The notes under the pieces: model-generated
The model's input: the letters and a program-made list of their open reading frames with translations, nothing else
What the model was told of the DNA's origin: nothing
The model's database searches: none
Made by a program: the position numbers and the translations under genes
Source: Azolla caroliniana
Taxonomy: Eukaryota > Plantae > Polypodiophyta
Assembly: GCA_043228905.1 (NCBI GenBank)
Contig: JBHGNT010000011.1
Location: 14,632,001-14,696,000 of the forward strand
Reading direction: 5' to 3'
Length of the DNA: 64,000 nucleotides
In this document: one piece after another, positions 1 to 12,415 of the stretch
Layout of the letters: each line of letters opens with the position of its first letter
Position numbering within the stretch: position 1 is the stretch's first letter

Positions 1-904
1 ACATCCGACCTTGTAGCAGTTTGTTTTCTTTCCTATGCTGCACTTTGTCATTGCAACCCACATCCGAAATTTCATGAAGGCATGAATGCTCTCTCACTGG
101 TTTTGACTAATCTACAAATTTGCATTGGATGCCTCCTTTATGCAATCACATTGTGCAATCTGTTTTTTGCTTGGAAGATTTGTATGATGCAATTGCATGG
201 ACCAATTACAGGAAGGAATTCTCCAAACCAATTACATGGAGAGATTCTATGAGGCAATTATGCGAAGCTTCTATCTTAAAGACTTCCTTGAACAAATTAC
301 ATGAAGACCTTAATATGAGAAGTTTCTGTGAAAATATCATGCAAAGGCCTTTCTTTGAAGCATTTACATGAATAGATTACTGGAAGGATTTGCACGTTAA
401 CTCGAAGGTTTTATTTGAAGATTTACGTGGAGGCTTCACACTAAAGGTTTTCGTGGAGTATTTACTTGGGCCAATCAAACAAAACTTTTACACAACAAAA
501 TTGCACGATGCCTTTATGCAAGTGAATTACTTGATGGATTTGCTTGAACAAATTCCATAAAATAATCCAGTAACCAAATTATAGGAGGGCTTTTCATGAA
601 AGATTCCGATGCTAGATTTGTACAATAGCATTTCCATGATAACGTTTTGCAAAACAATTACACAATCACCACGTGCAACAGTTTCGTGAAGTGATTACAC
701 CAAGTTTTTCTTGAACAAATTACACGAAGATGTTTATGAGACAAAGGGATCTCCATGAATGGTTTCTATGAAGGACTGCATGAAGCCTTTCTACAAACAC
801 ATTACCCGAAGGCTATACATGAGCAATTTCCATGGAAGGATTTACACATGTGATTTACATGAACCTGATTACTTGAAGAATTTTCGTGACAACTAAATAA
901 ATAA

Positions 905-1327
905 CATTGAGAGAGATCACAACGAACAAATACATACATACATAAACATATAATAGTACCGATATATATACATCCAACAATAATTGTAAAGAATCGATGG
1001 TGATTCTTGAGATATGTGTTGTGAGTGTGTGTGTATGAGAGAGAGAGAGAGAGAGAGAAACACAAGATAGATAGATTTGAACAACTATAGAATACTCAAG
1101 AGGATGTATATTACAAAGGAGATTAATCAAACTGATTACAAAGTAGGAGGAGAGTGCTTTATATAGTCACTCTCTCTCTCTTCATTAACTACCGAAGCTC
1201 ATGGGTCATGGGGAATGTGAAAACTCATTAGTTAATGTGTAGATAAGAGTGGTGACTTTTGACCTTTGAGTGCACACTCTCAAGGGTGTGTTCACACACT
1301 AGACTAGGTTGACCTTGATTCTCAACA
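905..1327 (-). mobile_element. Probable degraded LTR; 1-900 is likely the adjoining degenerate internal/5'UTR repeat region
   Basis: Minus strand begins TGTTGAG at 1327, has a TATA-like motif near 1160 and a (CT)n/(CA)n tract typical of plant LTRs. No partner LTR or TSD found in the window. Confidence 0.3.
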
Positions 1328-2341
1328 ATAATAAACAATACTTATCATGCAATACTATGGCTACTAATCAGCCATAGTGCCCTTCCAACCGGGGAATGGA
1401 GCAACAAACGTGGAATGGACCTAATAGTACGTAAAATTCGTGTTCATCTAGCATAACATTCGTTTTCCTACATTGGAAAACGAATGCGAATGTTATTCAA
1501 ACATGCTTGTGTTTATTTATTTATTTATTTCTTAGGCTTATTTACCTCATAATAAATAGTTAATCCAAAAGTATGGTATTTATCATTCTTTGAGGGTGTT
1601 TTCTTACGCGAATAATTGAAACATTCGTGAATGTGAATGCACGTATGGTTCATACTATGGGTCACCTAATTTGCCGCTTGTAGGTTAACCTAGGGCAAAT
1701 AAGTGTTTGAAACTTGAAGAGAAGAATGAAAGTTTAGTAGAGTTGGTGAAATTAACAAAAACTCTTAAGTTTTCTTTATTGTCGACTGACTACATGTGCT
1801 TGTATGAAGGTTGGTCATCATTAGTTTTAGTAAGGTTGTAATATAATACTTTATCATCAATGTTTAAGCTTGGAGGTTTAGTTGATCAAGTACGTATTAT
1901 AAATGTGTTATTAGCATGTACTTTATAATTGTAATATTAGAGTATAACAATATGAATGGTAAGGATGTTAAAGGATAAATACTCGGAGAAATAGGGGGGG
2001 TCTCACTAAAGTACGATGCTCTTTAGTAGTCAGGCAAATCACTAGCATGCTATCTCAATAAAAAGAACTCTTCATTACTATATGGTATATTCTGAGTAAT
2101 TGGTTGATACTAGGCACAATGCTACCATAAATCATAGTAAATTATGTAAACCTATGTTTTGGAGAAACACATGATATACACTTCTTTTAGGACATCATCA
2201 TTATACCCCAAGGAATTTGTTTTTGTCAGAATTATCTAAGTTTTAATGTGCTAGAACCATACAATTTATTATCTTGAGAATGATGATCATTTCATCTTTG
2301 TAAAATAACAAGGATAAATCTCTTTGGGAAGGAATGATTTC

Positions 2342-2520
2342 TAGGAATCGGGCAACACGGTTGGGTTCAAGCTGAACCGAACCGCATAAAACCGTGGCTT
2401 AACGGTTCGAACAATTCGGTTCGGTTGTAAATCCATAAAAAGGTTTTGGCTTGGCTTGGCTTGGGGGGGGGGGGGGGGGGGGGGGGGGTTTAAAGGGTTT
2501 CGTTTCGGTTCAGGTTGAGC
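2342..2520. mobile_element. Degenerate left end of a hAT-type MITE of the same family as 6087-6611
   Basis: taggaatcgggcaacacggttgggttc..gaaccgaaccg..aaaccgtggcttaacggtt resembles the left end of the intact MITE at 6087, with AACCG/CGGTT subterminal motifs. Confidence 0.45.
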
Positions 2521-3154
2521 CTTTCAATGTGTGTAGGTTTCGAGGAGTGTCAAGAGACTATCGATATATATATGCAATAACAATAGCACTCATCATGAAG
2601 TAATCACTTTAATGCTATCAAATGCACCTGTGTTCAAATCCGATCAGAACACCAGGCTTTATTTGGAATGCACTTAATTAACAACACCTGTGCCTCAAAT
2701 TTCAAAGATTTGGAATGCACTTGTGCTCAAATGCCAAATAATGGAATGTAATTTTGGCAATTCAATTCAATTCAATTGCTATGTGGTGGGTGGGTTGTGG
2801 GTCTGCTGTAATCTTGATCGGAGATCGGATTGGATGGAGTAGAATCGATCCTGGATGATGAAGAATCAGTAGTATAAGGATTGACAATCATTGTGGTGGA
2901 AGCAGAATTAATACCCTGCAGTACATTTCTTCTTCTTCGGATAGAAATCTTTCGTTGAGACCTAGTTCGATCTTCTTCTTTCAATATTAACCCTCTGTGG
3001 GAAGAATTAAAGAAACCTACCTGGAAATCAATGCATCGACTCTATCAATTTCAGGAGATTCTGCGATTGCTTAATGATATCTTAGATGAATCTCTTAATT
3101 TGTTCCTGAAACTTACTTATGCATGATAATCCTTGGGCTAACATAATTATTACC

Positions 3155-3517
3155 TTAATTATTCTCTTATAATGCCAAACCCACCCTTAATCATGCTTAA
3201 TTTTTTTTTTTGCTTTTTAAATGCTTAAGATTAATCCGTAACAATCGAGGGCCTAAATTACACGTCATTTCTCCGTTAATTATTCTCTTATAATGCCAAA
3301 CCCACCCTTAATCATGCTTAATTATTATTATTTGCTTTTTAAACGCTTAAGATTAATCCATAACAATCGAGGGCCTAAATTATGCGTCATTTCTCTGTTA
3401 ATTATTCTCTTATAATGCCAAACCCACCCTTAATCATGCTTAATTTTTTTTTGCTTTTTAAACACTTAAGATTAATCCGTAACAATCGAGGGCCTAAATT
3501 ATGCGTCATTTCTCCGT
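3155..3517. repeat. Tandem repeat, 3 copies of ~121 bp
   Basis: Units start at 3155, 3276 and 3398 (ttaattattctcttataatgccaaacccacccttaatcatgc...gagggcctaaatta). Confidence 0.9.
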
Positions 3518-4080
3518 AACCGATGATGCCTATACAACATTTGTGTTAAATTATACCTTAGTAGTAGGCCCACGGGCATCATCGATTTCCCATGGTTGCG
3601 CATGAGTACCACCGGATGGATTAACTAACCGCAAATGATCTCGCAAATATCGAATGATTGATTCATCGGATGGATAGAAGGTTTTCTTTTCATTCCCAAT
3701 CACTAGTTAGAGATATTAGTGGGAACATGATCAAAACATAAAGAAAGCAATGAAAGATCCATTCATTTTAAAAGCTAGAAAATAATAATGGAATGTGGTT
3801 GCCGATTTATGAATAACAGTATAATTACCAACTGTTTGAGAATCCTCAATGCCTTCACAAAAAAGTGGAGAAAGGAGGATGTTGATGAGGCCAAGAGTGT
3901 AGACCAATACACACATGGCAACCCACATTGTGAGCCCAAGAGAGAGAGACAAAGAGAAAGAGAGTTAGTCGTAACTTAGTCGGGGAACTTGTCCGGCCAA
4001 CATGGAGACGAGAAGCTCGTGTGTCGATCTCGACCCCTACATTCCGTAGGTGGCATCAAGCAAGGGAGTGTTTATATAAA

Positions 4081-4142
4081 GCAAGATTCGAACCCGTGCA
4101 TGTTGCGCTAGTAAAAGCGTGCCTTACCAATAGGGTATAACA
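4081..4142 (-). mobile_element. tRNA-derived SINE head or tRNA-like relic (related copy at ~61978-62032)
   Basis: Minus strand shows an A-box-like taccctattggtaag and a B-box gggttcgaatc. The same two motifs recur near 62000. No intact cloverleaf seen. Confidence 0.3.
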
Positions 4143-5571
4143 ACAAAAATGATGTAAGGTCACTATTGTACTATGGCACAAGGACAGTAATGCCAGGAGA
4201 CAAAATGCAACCCACGACCACCTTTTTTTGAAACACACTAATATTGTAGAGACAATTGCAATGTTTGTGTGAAGGTACTATATGTATGAATAGTGGATGC
4301 CAAAAAAAATGGAATGAGTCGTGGGCTAACAACCATAGGGTCGACATAGCCAACAATCTAATCCCAATTGGAAAAGTTGCATGTGGTCGCCTACTATGGG
4401 GATACAACCAAAAATCCAAAAGAGCTTGACAAAACTATGGCCAATAAATGTTAGGCGAGAAGCTTCTTTGCAGTGGTAGAAAACTACATGCCATTTCTTT
4501 AAATGTTAATAAGTTTAATATATGTACTATAGGAGACTTGTAGGTCCCTCATGTCAAGGTTTTCCATATGCAATATGTTGTATTTAAAAAAAGGTGTGTG
4601 TGAGATAGATAGATATGTTTTTAACGTCCATGGGATAACAATTGCAATCTGAGAGAGAGAGAGAGAGAGACATCAAATAGTTGTGGTTTAGTAACTATTT
4701 GGTAAGGTTGTCGTGAGGAGCCCAAAAGTTCATGCATTCAACATTTAGAGAAGTCATCTAGAAAAGTCATGCATATAGAAAGATTCAAACCCATGCTCAT
4801 AGTTTGGTAAAGTTTGGTTCTCCACTACATGGGTTAATAAAAACTTGGTTTACCAAAAGGAGAATGTAGATGTACATTGTATACCATTTCTTGCACCACA
4901 TGGGTTAGTAAAAACTTGGTTTATCACAATTAGAGAGTGTTCATAGTTATTGTTTTCTATCCAAGTGGTACTAGCTGTAAGATTTAATAGGCTATAACTA
5001 GATTATGATCAAGAAAAATTCATGTTGCAATTCACCCTTGCGCTAACTATGCAAGGACCAGGCAATTTACTCTCTCTTGGAAAGTTTTTAAGATTGAGCG
5101 AACTCAATTTCCAATCATCCAAAAGTTTCAATGTCTCTCTATTCATGTTGTAGTTTTCTGTCTATCATGGCAAAATTTTAAATTTAAACCTAACTTTCAA
5201 ACCCTTGAGTTCAAGAGTTCATGATAGATCATTTCATCCACAAACAATTTGATGAGAATTTCAGTCCAATTTTCAAAACTTTAGCTTACAATATAAACTT
5301 TCATTTGGCATTAACATGAAAGTTCTCACGAGCTCTATTTTGATTCGACTTCTCAAGTGTTGTCAAATGATATCAACCAAGCTTTGTTACATTTTGTTTT
5401 TTTTCTGACAGAGTTGTCATAAGGCCCATAGCTCTTCATATTAATTTGGATACTCCCAAAATATGGAACTTTTCCTACTATTGATGTCGTTTTCTTTAAG
5501 GTTTATATCTTTCTATCTTTTTATGAGGATTGTAAGGGTGCCTCCTTATTTGGGAATTCTATAATTCTAAT

Positions 5572-5622
5572 GTGTGAGAATGACACACATTAGAATTATT
5601 CTAATGTGTGTCATTCTCACAC
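5572..5622. repeat. Perfect 51-bp palindrome (25-bp arms, 1-nt centre), probably inside a degraded solo LTR (~5531-6049)
   Basis: gtgtgagaatgacacacattagaat-t-attctaatgtgtgtcattctcacac. Confidence 0.85.
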
Positions 5623-6086
5623 TCTCTATAGTCTTACAAGGTTGTTAGAGCGTCATGTCAGCCTTATCATAATCAAATGCAACAATTCATACTTGTGCCT
5701 AATATTAGAATCTTGCTAGTAGGATCCCAATATTTATTTAATAAATCTTATGAGGACACCAACATTATTTTAGCTATAATGTAAGCCCTCGATCTCTCTT
5801 TTTTTCTTATCGTAATTAGCTTACCCTAGTGGTAAGTCGTTACACATACAAGTAGTGTGTATTGGATTCGAAGCCCAATTTTCTCATCTCTCTATTACTT
5901 TATACATATATCTCAATTCACTAGATGCTACTATGGAATGCAAGGGTTGAATCCACGACTCTCTCTCTCTCTCACACACACACACAGATCTTCGGCCAAA
6001 CCTAAGCCTTGCACGTATTCCTCCAGAATGTGCACTTTCGATTGCAACATTCATTGCTTAAGTTCTAGAACATCACGAGTCGCCAC

Positions 6087-6611
6087 TAACAATCGGCAAC
6101 GGTTCGGTTTGAACTGAACCGAACCGAACCGTGAAACCGCGGCTTAACGGCTTAATGGTTCGGTTCAGGTTTGGGTGTTTTAAAACGGTTCGGTTTGGTT
6201 TCAACAGTCAAAAACCGCGGTTTAAATGGTTTAGCGGTTTTTTTTTTAATTTTTTAATTTTTTTAAAAAAAATTGTTTTTAAAGAATCTTTTCATTTTTA
6301 GACCTTATTCTCACATTTTAGGAACATTTAAAAAATTTTAAAAATTTTAAAAAATGAAATATTATAAATTTTAAAACATAAAAAATAAAAAATAAAAAAT
6401 TTGACTTATGTTGAAAACCAAAACCGAACCACGAAACCGCGGTTTTTACGGTTTAATGGTTTAACGGTTTGAAAAATGTTTAATGGTTCAGTTTAACAAT
6501 TTCATGGTTCGGTTCGGTTTGGTTCAGGTTTCAATAATTTTAAACGGTTCGGTTCCAAAACTGGTTCAGTTTGGACCCTCTCAAACCGAACCGAACCGTT
6601 GCCGATTGTTA
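6087..6611. mobile_element. hAT-superfamily MITE, 525 bp
   Basis: TIR taacaatcggcaacggttcggtt / aaccgaaccgttgccgattgtta; 8-bp TSD gtcgccac at 6079-6086 and 6612-6619; many AACCG subterminal motifs; AT-rich non-coding core. Confidence 0.9.
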
Positions 6612-6661
6612 GTCGCCACTCAATTTCACATGTATTATGTGAAATGTAATATATATATATA

Positions 6662-7284
6662 TTTTTTCCAAAAACATCTACTTCCATTTGTTAAGAATGT
6701 ACAAAGGAATCATTTACAACTCATATCTTACAAGACATCTTGCATGTCAAAGGAAAACAATGTGTAGATGAAACAACATAAAAAAAACAACTCCAAAACA
6801 CCACATCATTCTATGTGTATAGCATTACTCGAACACATATTCTCCACGTGAGCCTCATACAAAACAGAATTCAGCATAGATGTCCTCCATTCGCTCCTCA
6901 TGGCAGCACCCATCTAGATGTTAGGAACACTTGGAGGGAACAACCACCGCGGTGGTTGATAATTCCGCTTCACTTTACCATCCATTATCTGTAGCATCGA
7001 CGAACCGCTCCATTTCCGAAGGAATCGAGCTCTAGCTTCTTCACTTGCATCAAATGGCCCTTGAAGACTTTCAAACTCACCTCGCAACGTAGAAATAAGA
7101 TTAAACCATATCATCATTAAATTCTCAGCCGGTGGGGTTCGTTTACCTGCGAGGGTCTCCTTGCACCGAGATACCCACACTTGCCAGACCGTAAGGCCGA
7201 CCACTAATACCCATATGTCCACGTAGCGTTCTTGTTAGAAGAATAAACCTCCTTGCGTTGCTGGTTGCACAGATCCTTGCTTCA
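6662..7284 (-). mobile_element. LINE-1 (L1-clade) 3' segment: ORF2 C-terminus and 3'UTR, separated from its body by the DNA transposon
   Basis: ORF 6914-7222 resembles the C-terminus of the LINE ORF at 24376-24849. The minus-strand tail (aatggaagtagatgtttttggaaaaa) resembles the LINE-2 tail. The frame joins the 16268-16756 ORF once the transposon and one TSD are removed (..SLMVKQGSVQ..). Confidence 0.85.
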
Positions 7285-7320
7285 AACACGTTCGCGTTCA
7301 CAAGTGGAAGGATTGCGCAT
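7285..7320 (+). repeat. Left terminal inverted repeat
   Basis: aacacgttcgcgttcacaagtggaaggattgcgcat, followed by an internal inverted copy ttccacttg (7320-7328). Confidence 0.92.
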
Positions 7321-7670
7321 TCCACTTGTAGAATCTTCTTAAAACGAAGCAAATACACCCTCTCTACAAAAATTGGATGCACTAGTATCACATGTTCCTC
7401 AACTTGATGAGAATTTGCAAATATAAAAATACATGATAGATCTACGAGTGGAGATCATTAGAAATCATGCAAGTTTAAACATGTTGATAAGTTAATGTAG
7501 GCATAATAAAGTTCAACTATGGCTCAATATGTCACTACTGTGCGACAAGGGAAACACTAACTTAAAGACTTATATTAATTAGGTAAGTTTTACAAAAATA
7601 TCAGGTGTACTTGTATCCATACTAATAAAATGAGATATAATTTATACTTTGACCCATACGTGCATGTATG

Positions 7671-7940
7671 TAATTGTGGAAAATGTAGGATAGTGCACAT
7701 TAGGATAAGTGATTGGAATAACTAACTTATTAAAGTATTCAATACTTGTATTTAAAGTTGATCTAATCTATTCCTCAGTTTGTTCATATGGGATCAAACC
7801 ATATGTTTATAATTGTGGACAATGTAAGGCAGTGAACTTTAGGATAATGTCGTGGAAATAACAAACCTATTAGGCTTTCATACCTGTATTTAAAATTGAT
7901 CTACTCTATTGCTTAGGTGATTCACACAAGATCAAACTCC
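7671..7940. repeat. Two diverged ~140-bp tandem units in the transposon left subterminal region
   Basis: taattgtgga(a/c)aatgta...taggataa...tgtatttaaa(g/a)ttgatcta recurs at ~7671 and ~7810. Confidence 0.65.
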
Positions 7941-8330
7941 GAACGATAACGCAACTAGAACCATTATCAACACACTACACAATCTAAGCAGCAATGTAAT
8001 AGAAACATAATAGTTTTACCAATAGAAGACAAAGATCCATAATAACAACATGGACAGTCATGGCAACAATTATAGGGCCATGTTCTGTTAAGGTTAGCTT
8101 GGACCAAAATCAGCCTCCATTTAAACTAGTTCATGTTTCTCCATAAGTTTGGTAGTCAGCTATGCACGCGGTGAAACCAATGTCATAAATCTACTAATCA
8201 AGTATATAAAAATAAAATTGAAACATATAGAAGATTATAAAGAATAGAATCCACTAGGTAAAACCCAAAATTTGTATTAATAATGTGAAATCTTAACAAA
8301 TCGTCAGTGTCATATTCTTCATAGAGTCTA

Positions 8331-11300
8331 TTACATAGCAATCAATTCATCAACGACATTTTCTTCATCATCTTGTGTAGAACTGTCTTCGGCTATATGT
8401 GCATTGGTTTCCCCTGTTAGCCGAGCCAACGAAATATCTTCTATAAGCTCATCATCAAGCTCTATTAGCTCCCCCGGTTCGCCGGCTAATGGAGGAATAG
8501 GCTCTCGCGAAGCAGGTTGAAACCTTTCTGTATTGGCGAGGTTCTTTGCACCGACCTCCTCATCCTGGTCTGGGCACTCCCACAAAGCCTTAATCCGCAT
8601 ATTAATAAATATAACTTGGTCCTCGTCCTTCTCCAATGCAACTGTATTTCTAAATAGCTTCAATGCACATGCAGACGTAGTTCCTGTGATGTAAGTAACA
8701 ATAAGATTTAGTTGTCAAATGAAAAAAAAGGGATTGGTTATCTCAAGATCGTTACCCTAGTTCGAGGAATACCTATGCCAGAAAAGAGATCTAATATCCA
8801 GTCTCCTTCGACAGAAAACATCTCGATCAAGCGCATCATAAGTCGTTGAGGTTTTTGGTATGGGTTGACAAGTCCCCATTCTGTCGTGGTGACATGTCGC
8901 AATTTCCGTGTCATTGCTGGATATACCAACAGATTTGAACCTCCCACTTCATTAGAATGCTCTTTGATTCTGTGTTTCTTAATTTCATCGAAGTAGCCAA
9001 CTGTTATGTATTCAATGGCATTAATGAACCGAAAAGTTGGCCCTCTATTTACATTGGTCTTGATCCTATAAAAAATAATTCATCGAGTTAAGAATAGATT
9101 CAACAACCTTAAGAAATGCAATATAGTGAAAGACACCTATAAATAATCCTTACCATGCAAGGTTCTCGATGCCATGGCAACGAGATCTCAAAGCTTGAGC
9201 TACCGAGTACCCTTGGTCCATACTATGAAAGACAACTATTCGCCACAAGGATGCGGTCGTTAGCTCAGCGAAATCCTTGACCATCTTCTCCAATTGTTTA
9301 AACCTAAACGGTTCATCGTCGTATGATGACCCAGCCATTCGAAATCCGTAAGGAATATCCGCAATCATTAGCGTATATTCCTTCTTTGGCACCTTCTGGA
9401 TCAAGTCGATGACATCACCGCAAACCACATTGTAGTAAAGATCTCTCGTAATATCTTTTTTGTGGCTAAATTTTTTAAAGGAGCCATCTTCCTCCATTTC
9501 GTACGCCTTGACTAAGCGACGATCCTTTTCTTTTCTGGCTCGCTCGAGATGTGCAAGGAAGGATTTAGGGAAATCATGTATATCCTTAACTTCTCCTTGT
9601 TTCTTGCCTCGACACGGTTTCTAATAGAAGCAATAGGACATCAGGTATTATTATACAAGCTCTACATATGATGAAAGGGTAATGAAAAACCATGAATACT
9701 AACCCAATCCTTGAATGCAATAAAATACTCTAATAACGCCTTATACGAAGACGTTAGAGGATAATCCTCGGTCACTCGTTCCCAAGTTATACATCCAAGT
9801 TGTTTCATCATAACTTCTTGGATCTTCATGTACACCTTATGACTGTAAAATTAGAAATCAAGATTAGAACTTTGAATTACACCAGATAGACTACAATTTC
9901 AGTATTTGAAAGACTTACTTATTGAACTCAGTGACCATTTCTTCAAGGCTTAAATCTTTCGCCACAACCCTTGACAAAACCGACACAAGAAGCTGCTCGT
10001 CCTTAATACCTTGCATCGCTCTCCATAGAGACAGCTTCATGTCGTCTGCCGCTTCTTCAATTGTCAAGTCAATTTTCTTGGCGGCTTGTGACTTTAACTC
10101 TAGTTGAGGGTCAACCCTACATTTCTTTTGTCGTTGACCCTTTACCTCCTTATTCTCCCACATTGAGAAGATTTGATCTTGTAGGTCCCATACTTCTCCA
10201 TCTCTAAACGCCAATTGAAACCAAGACTCATACTTTCGAAGACCATCGGACCTAACATTATCATCTACCACAATGCCGACTTCATGCAGACATTGACGTC
10301 GAAGGCCTGGATGTAACTTCACACCAAACTTTTGTTTCACGTCTAAATACTCGTGGTGGAAGAACCGTATACGCTCAATGGACGACATTTTCTGCCTATA
10401 GTCATTATCATTATTATGGTCCCATGCCAACAACTTAGCCTCTTCGGTTGTGAGCCCAACATAAATTTTGCACTCGGCATACTTGAAGAAGAAAGTTGTT
10501 GGATGTTCTCTCACAAGTTGCCGACGTGCCTCTGCTGAATGCGATCCACCAATGACAAAATAATTATATTGATCATGCTTTCTAATATCAAAATCTTCAA
10601 TGGTTTCACATTCTTCAGGATCTACCATAACAATAAAAGGCACCACAGTGGCATGAGGATTAATTTTCATTTTTTTCTTGAGATTTTGAACATGCATGCG
10701 GTGTGGCTCTCTAATCTCAAGTGGTCGTCGACCTGTTTTTTCATCAATAGGGGGCCGATGGATGTGTGTTATAGGCAAATTAAACACTTGCCCTTTCCTG
10801 ACCAGTTTCCGTTGCATTAACTCTCTCCTTATCTTATTCTGCTTGGATGACAAAACACCCGAGGCCAGCTCAGCTCCTGGCGTCCCCTTATTATCCTCCT
10901 CTTCGTTTTCACTTGTTGAATCCGTATCCGACATTTTGGTTGTCTTCTTCTTTCGTGGTCTTGACTGGACTTTGGATACCCTTTTTGTGGCCTTCAATGG
11001 GGAGGGCACTTCATCTCTTAGAGTTACATGGCCTTGTATATAAGGCCTCAAGGTAACAATAAGGTTTTGTGAGCTATCAAGTGCTTTTTTGAACGCTTCT
11101 GGCCCACAAGATTCCTTTACTAAAAGGTCTTCTGAAAGGAACACTTTACGTACCTCCTTGGAGCACTCTATCATTACCAGTATGTTGGCCGAATTTGCAT
11201 CTTCGTAGTCAAATCGTAGAATACGGCCATACATAAATGGGGTTTCCTTTCCAAGCTGCCCCTCACCCTTCTTCTTTGCTGTATACAATACGACTTTTTT

Positions 11301-12415
11301 CTTTGAGTCGACATATTGCATACACCATTCCTTGTCCGTTAGATCTCGGTCAGGAAGGTCTTCACCTCCAGTAGCGGCGACAAGTTTCTTTTGGCTATCA
11401 TCACTATGTGGCTGAGATTTTGTCTCTTCGTTAAAGAGAAGCTTTTTTCCTCTCTTCATGGTCTCTGGTGCTACCTTGGTCTGGGCTTCGATTGGAGAAC
11501 CTTGTATGCGAAGCTTTATTTTCTTCACGGGTCAGTCCGACAGGTTCTCAAATGACCTATTTCAGAAAGTATATGCAAAAACATAAGTTAGGTAGTCATG
11601 TAGATTAAGGTTGTATATTAACATGAAGAATAGTTCCCACTAGCAGTCCTATATTCAAAAATCTATTATAGGCCGGGCTATTCAACCTAGAAAATATATA
11701 TCGTAATAAGTAAACAGGGTTATATATTCTTTTAAATAGTAGGTATGACTTATATAGATTCCAAACCTGTATTGAGGAGAATTTGCTATCGTAAAGGCAA
11801 TTTGTGGATCATTTTCTACTATTTTAAGCTAAAGTAGGTCATAAAACACCTATAATTAGAGCATGTTTTTTTTTAAAAGTAAGGAAAGTCAACATAAAAA
11901 AGACTGATTTTGCCAGACAATTTGATATCTTTTCCACCCCATAATTATTTGTTACCCCAAAAACACAATTTTTCTCTCTCAGAGCCTTCTTTTATACAGG
12001 AACTCGATACGGCGTATCGAGTTCCTGTTTAATTCCTAAACGTTAAACGAGAACTCGATACGCCGTATCGAGTTCCTCTGCTTTCTTTGCTTTTTAAATG
12101 GGAACTCGATACGGCGTATCGAGTTCGTGTTTAAAATCCAAACTTTAAACATGAACTCGATACGGCATATCTAGTTCCTGTTTAATGTTTAGGTTTTAAA
12201 CAGGAATTCGATACGCCGTATCGAGTTCCCGTTTAAAAAGCAAAAACAAATTATGAACTCGATACGCCGTATCGAGTTCATGTATAAAGTTTGTATTGTA
12301 TACATGAACTCGATACGGCGTATCGAGTTCTTGAGCGACGAAACATATTTACAAAAATGTCCACAGTGTCAGAGGCCTACCTTGAGTCCTCGCGCTCGAT
12401 TCTCTTTGAAGACAT
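8331..12415 (-). CDS. Spliced gene (6 exons, ~974 codons): ParB/Srx-like domain plus beta-class N6-adenine/N4-cytosine DNA methyltransferase; one in-frame TGA at codon 20 in this copy
   Basis: Exons 12415-12381, 11556-9919, 9842-9704, 9620-9154, 9065-8773 and 8683-8331. All introns are GT-AG, phases match, and the total is 2925 nt. Motifs: ParB-like ..PFIVMVD..YFVIGGSHSAEA; MTase VVCGDVIDLI, motif IV LMIADIPY, NPYQKPQRLMMRLI, motif I DWILDLFSGIGTTSACA (split by intron 5), ALEKD. TGA at 11534-11532 is probably CGA>TGA. Confidence 0.85.
12000..12330. repeat. Array of seven 25-bp palindromes GAACTCGATACG[G/C]CGTATCGAGTTC with an exact 51-bp period, inside intron 1 of the methyltransferase gene
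   Basis: Starts at 12000, 12051, 12102, 12153, 12204, 12255 and 12306. Copy 4 has 2 substitutions and copy 5 has 1. The 26-bp spacers are AT-rich and mutually related. Confidence 0.95.

Noticed and set aside
2463-2488. Poly-G run (G-quadruplex candidate)
   Set aside because: A simple homopolymer inside a MITE relic; its length is unreliable in assemblies.
12000-12330. CRISPR array (palindromic repeats with constant-length spacers)
   Set aside because: Spacers are homologous to each other rather than unique, repeats are full palindromes with a 1-nt centre in mixed orientation, there are no cas genes, and the context is a eukaryotic intron.
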